Below, in pieces: positions 40,997 through 49,338 of a DNA stretch of 56,662 nt; the first letter of the stretch is position 1, and every line of letters begins with the position of its first letter. Position numbers and translations under genes: made by a program. Source of the DNA: an uncultured Muribaculaceae bacterium (GTDB lineage: Bacteria; Bacillota_I; Bacilli_A; RF39; UBA660); the NCBI GenBank assembly GCA_964402155.1, contig CAYOAY010000002.1, positions 1 through 56,662 of the forward strand. The letters are read 5' to 3'. The notes beneath the pieces were generated by a model, which saw only the letters and a program-made list of their open reading frames with translations, did not search any database and had not been told where the DNA came from.

Positions 40997-41809
40997 TTAA
41001 TTTTCGTTATTAATTAATTCCGGATTATATTTCTTTTTTACTAAATAAATTAATTTATCTTCAAATATAAATAGTAATATACCACCAATTATCATTAATA
41101 TACTTAGAAATTGTGATGGTGTTATTAAGCCAAAGATTGTTGCACCACGGCTATCACCTCTAAAATATTCTAAAATAAATCTAAATGTACCATAACTTAA
41201 TAAATAGTATCTTAAATGATTTTTTTTAACAAAGAAAAATAAGACAATAAATAAGATAAATAAAAAGCCTGATTCAAATAATTGTGTTGGATAAACATGT
41301 TCATAAATAGTATTTCCAAGAATTGTTGTTCCTACTGGGTAGTCAACACCAAGCCAAGATGAAGTTACATCGCCATAACAACATCCTCCAAAATAACAAC
41401 CAATCCTACCAAAGGCATGAGCTATAACAACCCCAACAATAACAAAGTTTAGGTAGTAAGTCATTTTATATCGTTCGTTTTTAAACATAAACCAATAACC
41501 AACAACAAAGAAGACAATGCCCCCAACAAGCCCTCCTGAGAAGGTTATACCATACCATTCCCATTCAAATTTCCCGGTTGTTTGAAAGTGATCAATATTA
41601 TGCCATAGAGCATCAAAGAAGGCAGCAGATAAATACATAAAGAAACCACTTAACGCTGTTAAAATAATTAAACGATCAATTGTTTTATCGGTTGCTTTGT
41701 ATTTGTATAAAAAATATAGTAATGTCCCCGCAAGACATAAAACCCCAATACTTATCATTAATCCATACCCAGGAATTTCAATTCCAAAAATATTTATATA
41801 TGGATACAT
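40997..41809 (-). CDS. lgt: prolipoprotein diacylglyceryl transferase
   Basis: HAFGRIGCYFGGCCYG, YPTQLFES, multi-TM. Confidence 0.93.
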   Translation of the reverse strand: MYPYINIFGIEIPGYGLMISIGVLCLAGTLLYFLYKYKATDKTIDRLIILTALSGFFMYLSAAFFDALWHNIDHFQTTGKFEWEWYGITFSGGLVGGIVFFVVGYWFMFKNERYKMTYYLNFVIVGVVIAHAFGRIGCYFGGCCYGDVTSSWLGVDYPVGTTILGNTIYEHVYPTQLFESGFLFILFIVLFFFVKKNHLRYYLLSYGTFRFILEYFRGDSRGATIFGLITPSQFLSILMIIGGILLFIFEDKLIYLVKKKYNPELINNEN

Positions 41810-41937
41810 ATAGTCACCTCACACTCTTTTTATTTTTAGATATTATAGCACATTTTTCAAAATAATTCAATACATAGAAATATTTTTCTAGCATTTTTTG
41901 TTAAATTATAGTATAATAATAATGGTGATGAATACAT

Positions 41938-42606
41938 ATGGATATTATGCAATTATTAAATAAAAATAAGAATCAGTTTAAACGTAATATATATATTCTA
42001 AAAATATTATTATTAAGTAAGTTTGATGAAGAAAACTTTAAGAAGTTATTATTTGTTGAAAAAATTAATGATACCTTAGAGGATAAAGCAAATCTATATT
42101 TAAAGACTAATAATAGTAGTGATTATAATATATTATGCAATGATTATTCTACGGTTGAAAGTATGCTAGCTGAATTAAAAGAAGATGTTATGGAAAACTT
42201 TAGAATATCTAGTGTTCTTATTTTAGATAATATGAAATTAGATGATATAGTCATTTTCTATAATCATTTTATTAATATTATGGTCAAATATAAAAATATT
42301 GTTGAAGCAAGTAATGATATTTTTTATCATAGTGGTAAAGAAATTTCTATCTTTATTGATAAATTAATTAAATATATTAATTCCCATGATATTGATAATA
42401 AGAATTTAATTCCTCTTGCTTATTTGTCTAATCATCAAGTTATTGTTACACTTTCTTTACAAGAATGGATATCGTTATTCAAAAATATTAATACAACTAT
42501 GAAATATGTTAATAAATATACTGATAAAGAAATAGAAAGTCTTAAAAAAGAATTTGAAATATTAAATGTTTATTATTATATTATTTTAACAGGAGGAAAC
42601 AACTAA
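41938..42606 (+). CDS. hypothetical soluble protein, first gene of the rsmB operon
   Basis: 222 aa. No motif I recognise. TAATG overlap with rsmB. Confidence 0.6.
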   Translation: MDIMQLLNKNKNQFKRNIYILKILLLSKFDEENFKKLLFVEKINDTLEDKANLYLKTNNSSDYNILCNDYSTVESMLAELKEDVMENFRISSVLILDNMKLDDIVIFYNHFINIMVKYKNIVEASNDIFYHSGKEISIFIDKLIKYINSHDIDNKNLIPLAYLSNHQVIVTLSLQEWISLFKNINTTMKYVNKYTDKEIESLKKEFEILNVYYYIILTGGNN

Positions 42607-43847
42607 TGTGGGATAAATTAGTTGAAGATGTTACAGAAGTAATTAATAATGATGGATATGTGAATCTTGTTTTAAATAAAAGAATTAATCAAATAGATGA
42701 AGAAAATAAAAAACTTTATACTAAAGTATTATATGGGGTAGTTGAAAATAAAAAGTGGTTAGATTATTTATTAAGACCATATATTACGGGTAAAAGAGTA
42801 AAAGCCAATCTTAAAAATACATTAAGAATAGGTGTATATGTTATTAGCTTTTTAAATGTTGCTAATCATTATATCGTCAATGAATTAGTAAATATAACAA
42901 AGAAAAAAGACTATAATGCTTCTAAATTTATCAATAGTGTTTTAAGAAATTATGTTAAAGATAATAGATTTAAAGAAGCAAATGATTCCCTAAATAAGTT
43001 AGATATTAATGAAGCTGAATCAATTATATATAATATTGATAAAGATGTATTGATGCTTATTAAAAAAGATTATCCTAAAGAGTATAAACAGATTCTACAA
43101 ACAGAATCAGACACATATAATACATATCGGATCAACTTTTTAAAAGGAACAAGTAGTGACGTTATTAGCTATTTAGAAAATAATAAAATAGATTATGAAT
43201 TAAAAGAAGAAGTATTAATTACAAAGACTTCTTTAATTAATACTAAATTATTTAATGATGCTTTAATTATCCCTCAGGATTATTCAAGTATAATGGTTGC
43301 TAAAACCCTTAATCCTCCTATTAATAGTAAGGTTTTAGAAACATGTGCCGCTCCAGGAAGTAAAAGCTTTCATCTTGCAATGTTAATGAAAAATACGGGG
43401 TCCATTATTTCTTGTGATATATATTCCCATAAGCTTGAATTAATAAAAGAAGAAGCTAAAAGAGAAGGTATTACTTGTATAAAAACAAGACTACTTGATG
43501 CTTCAAACTGTGATTATGAGGATACATTTAAATATGTATTAGTGGATGCTCCATGCTCGGGGATGGGAACAATGAAACATAAGGGTGATATAAAATTAAG
43601 ACTTTCCATTTCTAAATTAAAAGAAATTGAGGACTTACAAATGAGAATTTTAGATAATGTTGAAAAATATATAGAAAGTAAAGGGATTTTAGTTTATAGT
43701 ACTTGTACAATAAATAAAGGCGAAAATGAGGCCCAAATTCAAAACTTTTTATTGAATCATAGTAATTATCATATATTAGAAGAAAAGGTGATTTTACCAA
43801 CTAATAAAAATGATGGTTTTTATATTTGTAAATTAGAAAAGGAGTAG
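42606..43847 (+). CDS. rsmB: 16S rRNA (cytosine-C5)-methyltransferase RsmB/Sun
   Basis: NusB-like N-terminal domain. DAPCSGMGT and YSTCT catalytic motifs. Confidence 0.9.
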   Translation: MWDKLVEDVTEVINNDGYVNLVLNKRINQIDEENKKLYTKVLYGVVENKKWLDYLLRPYITGKRVKANLKNTLRIGVYVISFLNVANHYIVNELVNITKKKDYNASKFINSVLRNYVKDNRFKEANDSLNKLDINEAESIIYNIDKDVLMLIKKDYPKEYKQILQTESDTYNTYRINFLKGTSSDVISYLENNKIDYELKEEVLITKTSLINTKLFNDALIIPQDYSSIMVAKTLNPPINSKVLETCAAPGSKSFHLAMLMKNTGSIISCDIYSHKLELIKEEAKREGITCIKTRLLDASNCDYEDTFKYVLVDAPCSGMGTMKHKGDIKLRLSISKLKEIEDLQMRILDNVEKYIESKGILVYSTCTINKGENEAQIQNFLLNHSNYHILEEKVILPTNKNDGFYICKLEKE

Positions 43848-43849
43848 TT

Positions 43850-44893
43850 ATGCAAAATATTTATAATTTCTCACTTGAAGAATTAGAAAATTATTTTTTA
43901 AATATTGGTGAAAAAAAGTTTCGCGCAACGCAAGTATTTGAATGGCTATATCGAATGCGAATAAATAGTTTTTCCGAAATGACTAATATTTCTAAAAAAG
44001 TAATAACTACTTTAGAAGAAAACTTTATCTTAGAAAAACTTGAAACAGTAACTAAACAAGTATCAAGTGATGGTACAACTAAATATTTGTTTAAATTAAG
44101 TGATGGCAAATTAATTGAAACTGTTTTGATGAGACATAATTATGGTAATAGTATATGCGTTACAACTCAAGTTGGCTGTAATATGGGGTGTAGCTTTTGT
44201 GCTAGTGGTGAACTTGGAAAGGTAAGAAATTTAAACCTTGGAGAACTCGTTGAACAAGTATTAGAGGTTCAAAAAGATTTAGATAAAAACTATGAAAAAG
44301 TAACTAATATTGTTGTAATGGGCATAGGAGAACCATTTGATAATTATGATAATGTAACCAAATTTTTAAAAATCGTTAACTATCCTAAAGGACTTGAAAT
44401 TGGGGCTCGTCATATTACTGTTTCTACTTGTGGTATTGTTCCTAAAATTTATGAATTTAGTAATTTTGATTTACAAGTTAATTTAGCAATAAGCTTACAT
44501 GCGCCTAATGATGAACTTAGAAGTAAAATTATGAAAATTAATAATGCTTATCAAATAAAAGATGTTATGGATGCGGTTAAAGATTATATAAGCAAAACTA
44601 ATCGTCGTGTTACATTTGAATATATCTTATTAAAAGATGTCAATGATTCAATTAAAAATGCGAAAGAACTAGTTAAGTTAATTAAAGGAATGAATGCATA
44701 TGTTAATTTAATTCCTTATAATGAGGTAATAACCAAACCATATAAAAGAGTCACCAAAGAACAAGCTGAAGCTTTCTATAAAGTCTTAGATACAAATCAT
44801 ATTCAAGCAACATTAAGAATGGAACATGGTGCTGATATTGATGCGGCATGTGGCCAGTTAAGAGCAAAAAAAATAGGAGTAGAAAATGAGTAA
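43850..44893 (+). CDS. rlmN: 23S rRNA/tRNA (adenine-C2)-methyltransferase RlmN (radical SAM)
   Basis: FRATQVFEWLY, CNMGCSFCASG, C-terminal DIDAACGQL. Confidence 0.95.
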   Translation: MQNIYNFSLEELENYFLNIGEKKFRATQVFEWLYRMRINSFSEMTNISKKVITTLEENFILEKLETVTKQVSSDGTTKYLFKLSDGKLIETVLMRHNYGNSICVTTQVGCNMGCSFCASGELGKVRNLNLGELVEQVLEVQKDLDKNYEKVTNIVVMGIGEPFDNYDNVTKFLKIVNYPKGLEIGARHITVSTCGIVPKIYEFSNFDLQVNLAISLHAPNDELRSKIMKINNAYQIKDVMDAVKDYISKTNRRVTFEYILLKDVNDSIKNAKELVKLIKGMNAYVNLIPYNEVITKPYKRVTKEQAEAFYKVLDTNHIQATLRMEHGADIDAACGQLRAKKIGVENE

Positions 44894-45764
44894 AGGAATA
44901 ATCACTTGCATACTTGCGGGGGAATATACTATTTATGATAACGAAAATAATTGTTACTTAAAAGCAAAACCAAGAGGTATTTTTCGAATTAAAGGTGATA
45001 CTTTAAAGGTTGGAGATAAAGTTACATATGAAATAAAAGATGGAAGTACTGTTATTACTAATTTAGAAAAAAGAACCAGCGATTTAGTACGTCCTTTAAT
45101 TGCTAATATTGAACAAGCTTTTGTAACATTTTCGGTAAAAGAACCAGTTTTAAATCTAAACTTATTAGATCGTTTTCTTACAATCCTTGAGTATAACGAT
45201 ATTACTCCAATTATTGTTTTTAATAAATGGGATTTATTAAATGAAAATGAATTAAAAAGTGTATTAAGAATTAAATCTTATTATGAAAAAATAGGGTATA
45301 AAGTTATTATTACAAGTGCTAAAACAAAATTAATTGATGATATTAAGACTTTAATAAAAGATAAAGTTAGTGTAATTACGGGTCAAAGTGGAGTCGGTAA
45401 AAGCAGTTTACTTAATGTACTTGATGAGAACCTAAACCTTGAAACAAATGAGATATCAAAAGCTCTAAATCGAGGAAAACATACAACTAGATGTGCTAAA
45501 CTAATTAAAATTGGTGATGGATGGATTGCGGACACACCTGGATTTGGAATAATGGATTTTAGTAATATGACTCTTCAAGATTTAGCCCATAGTTTTAAAG
45601 AGTTTTTTATATTAAGTGCTAAATGTAAGTATAATGGTTGTATGCATTTAAATGAACCATCATGTATGATAAAAAAGGCTGTAGAAAGTGGAGATATTTT
45701 AGAAAGTAGATATCTAAATTATCAACAATTTATTGAAGAAATTAAGAAACAAAAGAGGTGGTAA
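44886..45764 (+). CDS. rsgA: ribosome small-subunit-dependent GTPase A
   Basis: NKWDL, GQSGVGKSSLLN, zinc knuckle CKYNGCMHLNEPSC. Confidence 0.93.
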   Translation: MSKGIITCILAGEYTIYDNENNCYLKAKPRGIFRIKGDTLKVGDKVTYEIKDGSTVITNLEKRTSDLVRPLIANIEQAFVTFSVKEPVLNLNLLDRFLTILEYNDITPIIVFNKWDLLNENELKSVLRIKSYYEKIGYKVIITSAKTKLIDDIKTLIKDKVSVITGQSGVGKSSLLNVLDENLNLETNEISKALNRGKHTTRCAKLIKIGDGWIADTPGFGIMDFSNMTLQDLAHSFKEFFILSAKCKYNGCMHLNEPSCMIKKAVESGDILESRYLNYQQFIEEIKKQKRW

Positions 45765-45765
45765 T

Positions 45766-46410
45766 ATGATAATTTCCCCATCAATTTTATCTGTTAAGCA
45801 AGAAGATTATATAAAGGTATTCAATACCTTTGAAAGAAATAATGTTTCGATGATTCATCTTGACTGTATGGATGGAAAATTTGTTAATAACACTACATAT
45901 GATTCTTCTGAAGTGGAAAAAATCAATAAGCAAACTAACATTAAATTAGATGTCCATCTAATGATTTCATCTCCAGAAAATGAAATTATGAACTATATTA
46001 ATGCCGATAGTGATATGATTACTTTTCATTATGAGGCTACATCTTTTGTTAAAGAAACAATTGATTTAATAAAAAAACATAATGTTAAATGTGGAATATC
46101 AATTAAACCAGATACAAATGTTGAAGTATTAAATCCCTATTTAAAAGACTTAGATTTAATCTTAGTTATGAGTGTTGAGCCTGGTAAAGGTGGACAAAAG
46201 TTTATGGAACAATCTCTTGACAAAATTAAATATCTAAAAAATATAAAAGATACCCATAATTTTAAGTATTTAATTTCAGTTGATGGTGGCATAAACCTAG
46301 AAACAGGCAAACTAGCAAAAGAATGTGGTGCTGATATTTTAGTAGTTGGATCATACTTAATGAATAGTTTAGATTTTGATAAAACTTATAAGGAATTAGA
46401 AAACTTATGA
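45766..46410 (+). CDS. rpe: ribulose-phosphate 3-epimerase
   Basis: ISPSILS, HLDCMDGKFV, VMSVEPGKGGQKF, DGGIN. SD AGAGGTGG. Confidence 0.93.
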   Translation: MIISPSILSVKQEDYIKVFNTFERNNVSMIHLDCMDGKFVNNTTYDSSEVEKINKQTNIKLDVHLMISSPENEIMNYINADSDMITFHYEATSFVKETIDLIKKHNVKCGISIKPDTNVEVLNPYLKDLDLILVMSVEPGKGGQKFMEQSLDKIKYLKNIKDTHNFKYLISVDGGINLETGKLAKECGADILVVGSYLMNSLDFDKTYKELENL

Positions 46411-47018
46411 GATATATTATAGTAGGAAAATCTCCAGATTCTAGTTTTAAGAAATGTTATAAACCATTACCTAATGATTACTTAATTGGTCTTGATGAAG
46501 GTGCTTTAACGATTATTAATTGTGGATATGACTTAGATGCAACCTTTGGTGACTTTGATAATCTTGAAAATGATTATATTATAAGAAGTAAATCTAAAGC
46601 ATTTTTTAAATATCCATGTGAAAAAAATGAAACAGATTTAGAACTAGTATTAATGAATTTAAATAAAGTTGATGAATGTCTAATCTATGACTGCTTAGGT
46701 GGTAGACTTGACCATGAACTTGTTAATATTTTATTAATGATGAAATACCCAGAATTAAATATCAAATTTATTAATGAATATAATTGTATTAGTTATTATT
46801 ATAAAAAAGGTATTTATATATTACCTGAAGATGATTATAAATATGTAGGTATTATTACTTTATCTAAAGCAGTAATTACAATTAATAAAGCAAAATATAA
46901 ATTAAATCATGCTTCAATAAATAAACTTGATACATATACAACAAGTAATTCATTTCTTGATGGGGTATTCCAATTTATGCTTGAAGATGGTGAAGTAATA
47001 GTAATTAGAAGTAAGTAA
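46407..47018 (+). CDS. thiN: thiamine diphosphokinase
   Basis: GDFDN, ETDLELV. ATGA overlap with rpe. Position matches Bacillus yloS/thiN. Confidence 0.85.
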   Translation: MRYIIVGKSPDSSFKKCYKPLPNDYLIGLDEGALTIINCGYDLDATFGDFDNLENDYIIRSKSKAFFKYPCEKNETDLELVLMNLNKVDECLIYDCLGGRLDHELVNILLMMKYPELNIKFINEYNCISYYYKKGIYILPEDDYKYVGIITLSKAVITINKAKYKLNHASINKLDTYTTSNSFLDGVFQFMLEDGEVIVIRSK

Positions 47019-47030
47019 TAGATTATAAAA

Positions 47031-47078
47031 AAACGCATATAATGTACCATAAGGGGGTATTATTATATGCGTTTTATT
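47031..47078 (+). terminator. thiN terminator hairpin that embeds the spoVM SD and start codon
   Basis: 13-bp stem AAACGCATATAAT (47031-43) / ATTATATGCGTTT (47062-74). The loop carries AAGGGGG. TTTTATT follows. Confidence 0.6.
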
Positions 47079-47153
47079 GTAATTAAATTACCTAAAGTCT
47101 TTAGCATTATTATAAATTTTTTTAAAGGTTTATTTAACAAAAAACAAAAATAG
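47067..47153 (+). CDS. spoVM: stage V sporulation protein M (28-aa amphipathic peptide)
   Basis: MRFIVIKLPKVFSIIINFFKGLFNKKQK versus B. subtilis SpoVM MKFYTIKLPKFLGGIVRAMLGSFRKD (from memory): 11 identities including IKLPK. SD GGGGG is 9 nt upstream. It lies between thiN and rpmB exactly as in Bacillus. Too short for the ORF track. Confidence 0.8.
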   Translation: MRFIVIKLPKVFSIIINFFKGLFNKKQK

Positions 47154-47173
47154 CATAACAATTTGTTATGCTA
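47139..47173. terminator. terminator shared by convergent spoVM and rpmB
   Basis: TAGCATAAC-AATTT-GTTATGCTA, with a strong T-run on the minus strand (47139-50). Confidence 0.75.
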
Positions 47174-47194
47174 CAATTTGTAATTCATAATAAA

Positions 47195-47398
47195 CTATGC
47201 GCGTTGGATAGTTCCGTTCTTAGCACCAGTTCTTAATGCGCGAGCAGAAACATAAACTCTGATTACGCGACCGTCTTCATCTTTAATACGTACTTTTTGA
47301 AGATTTGCTTTCCAAGTACGACGAGTTGCTTGTAAAGAGTGAGAACGATTATTGCCTGATTTAGATCCGATACCAGTTATATAACATTTACGAGCCAT
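47195..47398 (-). CDS. rpmB: 50S ribosomal protein L28
   Basis: MARKCYITG...SHS...[12 protein letters not shown]. Confidence 0.97.
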   Translation of the reverse strand: MARKCYITGIGSKSGNNRSHSLQATRRTWKANLQKVRIKDEDGRVIRVYVSARALRTGAKNGTIQRA

Positions 47399-47440
47399 AA
47401 TGGGTTCCTCCTTATATTTAATACATTTAAATCCTACAGA

Positions 47441-47469
47441 ATTATATCATAAAAAATATATAATTGCAA
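47441..47469 (-). promoter_or_regulatory. rpmB promoter
   Basis: Minus strand: TTGCAA (47464-69), 17 nt, TGaTATAAT (complement of 47441-49). Confidence 0.6.
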
Positions 47470-47543
47470 GCAATAAAACTTTAGAAATTTATAAAACAAG
47501 TAAAAAGTAAGAAAATGGATAAGGCTTATAATAATTATATTGC

Positions 47544-47572
47544 TTGCATTTTGTTGAATTTTGTGGTAGAAT
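47544..47572 (+). promoter_or_regulatory. yloV promoter
   Basis: TTGCAT (47544-49), 17 nt, TGgTAGAAT (47564-72). Confidence 0.5.
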
Positions 47573-47609
47573 TGATTAGCGTACTTTTAAGGTATGCAGG
47601 GAGGAATTT

Positions 47610-49283
47610 ATGCAAACAATTAAAATGGATGGTCAGCTTTTTAAGCTTATCGTTACAAATGGCGCCGCAAACCTCCGAGCAAACTACAAAACAGTAGATG
47701 CTCTTAATGTATTCCCAGTTCCAGATGGAGATACAGGTACTAATATGAAAATGACAATTGAAGCAGGCGCACATGAAATTAGTGATTTCGAAGAAAATTC
47801 AATATATGAAATGGCCAAGAAACTTTCTCGTGGTATGTTAATGGGCGCGAGAGGAAATTCTGGTGTTATCTTATCCCAATTATTTAGAGGCATTTATAAA
47901 GGCCTTGCGGGATATGATGAAGTTAATGCTGTAGAACTTGCAAATGCTTTTATCTCTGGTGTTAAACAAGGCTATCATGCTGTATTAAAACCAGTTGAAG
48001 GAACTATTTTAACTGTTGCTAGAGAATCTGCAGAATATGCAAAAAAGAAAGTAACTAGAAAATCAACAATTGAAGAATATTTTAAATATTTATTAGAAGA
48101 AGCAAGAGCTTCTCTTGACCGTACTCCAGAACTTTTACCAGTATTAAAAGAAGCTGGTGTTATTGATAGTGGTGGTGCTGGTTTAATCTATGTATTTGAA
48201 GGTATGGCTAAAGCCCTTGATGGAGAGATGATTACAGATACCGCAACAACTACAACAAGTACAGTTGTTCATCAAAGCTTTAATGCTCATAGTGAACTTG
48301 TTTATGGATATTGTACTGAATTTATTTTACAATTACAACACAAAAAGGTAAATATTAAAGATTTCGATATTAGTGTAATTACTAAATATTTAGAAACAAT
48401 TGGTGATAGTATTGTCGCATTAAAAGATGAAGATATAGTTAAGATTCATGTTCATACTAAAACTCCTGGTGAAGTTTTAAATTATTGTCAACAATACGGT
48501 GAATATGTAACCTTAAAAATCGAAAACATGTCAGTACAACATAGTGATGGACCTGCTAAAGTAGATGTTCAAGAATGTAACTGTCCTGATTGTGTTGAAA
48601 TGAGAAAACAACAAACTCATAAGAAATTCGCAGTCGTAGCTGTTGCTACTGGTGAAGGCTTAATTAATGCTTTTAAAGAAATGGGCGTTGATTATGTTGT
48701 TGAGGGTGGTCAAAGTATGAATCCTTCGGCTGAAGATTTTACAAAAGGCTTTGATTTATTAAATGCTGAAAACATTATTGTTTTTCCTAATAACAGTAAC
48801 ATCGTACTAACTGCTGAACAAGCCGCAAAGTATTATAAAGATGCCAATGTTTATGTTGTTCCAAGTAAAACTATCGCTCAAGGATATTCTGCACTTACAA
48901 TGCTTGATTTAAGTTTAGATGATCCTGAAAGCATAATTAATGAAATAAAAGAAATTATTGCCAATGTTACAACAGGACTTATTACTTATTCAATTAGAAG
49001 TACTGAAATTGAAGGATTAAAAATCAATGAAGGTGATTATATTGGTATTTGTAATGGTCGTATTGTTACATCACAAAAAGCAAAACTTGATGCTATTAAA
49101 GAATTACTAGCTGAGGCTGGTGCTGATAGTAAAGATATTATTACCATTATTTATGGTAAAGATGTAACTGAAGAAGAATTAAATGAACTTACATCTTATA
49201 TTGAAAGTAACTACCAAGAACTTGAAATTGACACCATAAATGGACAACAAGATGTGTATAGTTATATTTTTTCAATAGAATAA
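47610..49283 (+). CDS. yloV: DAK2 (DhaL-like) domain protein YloV
   Basis: DGDTGTNM, RGNSGVILSQ. The 557-aa two-domain layout and the position before recG match Bacillus. Confidence 0.9.
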   Translation: MQTIKMDGQLFKLIVTNGAANLRANYKTVDALNVFPVPDGDTGTNMKMTIEAGAHEISDFEENSIYEMAKKLSRGMLMGARGNSGVILSQLFRGIYKGLAGYDEVNAVELANAFISGVKQGYHAVLKPVEGTILTVARESAEYAKKKVTRKSTIEEYFKYLLEEARASLDRTPELLPVLKEAGVIDSGGAGLIYVFEGMAKALDGEMITDTATTTTSTVVHQSFNAHSELVYGYCTEFILQLQHKKVNIKDFDISVITKYLETIGDSIVALKDEDIVKIHVHTKTPGEVLNYCQQYGEYVTLKIENMSVQHSDGPAKVDVQECNCPDCVEMRKQQTHKKFAVVAVATGEGLINAFKEMGVDYVVEGGQSMNPSAEDFTKGFDLLNAENIIVFPNNSNIVLTAEQAAKYYKDANVYVVPSKTIAQGYSALTMLDLSLDDPESIINEIKEIIANVTTGLITYSIRSTEIEGLKINEGDYIGICNGRIVTSQKAKLDAIKELLAEAGADSKDIITIIYGKDVTEEELNELTSYIESNYQELEIDTINGQQDVYSYIFSIE

Positions 49284-49338
49284 TAATAGGGTGAAGTTTA
49301 TCTTCACTCTATTTAAATTAGGAATAGGAGAAATAAAG

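Noticed and set aside
47067-47153. Type I toxin (a small hydrophobic cationic peptide with a structured 5' region between convergent genes).
   Set aside because: The IKLPK motif, the length, the Gly and basic tail, and the exact thiN/rpmB synteny identify it as spoVM instead.
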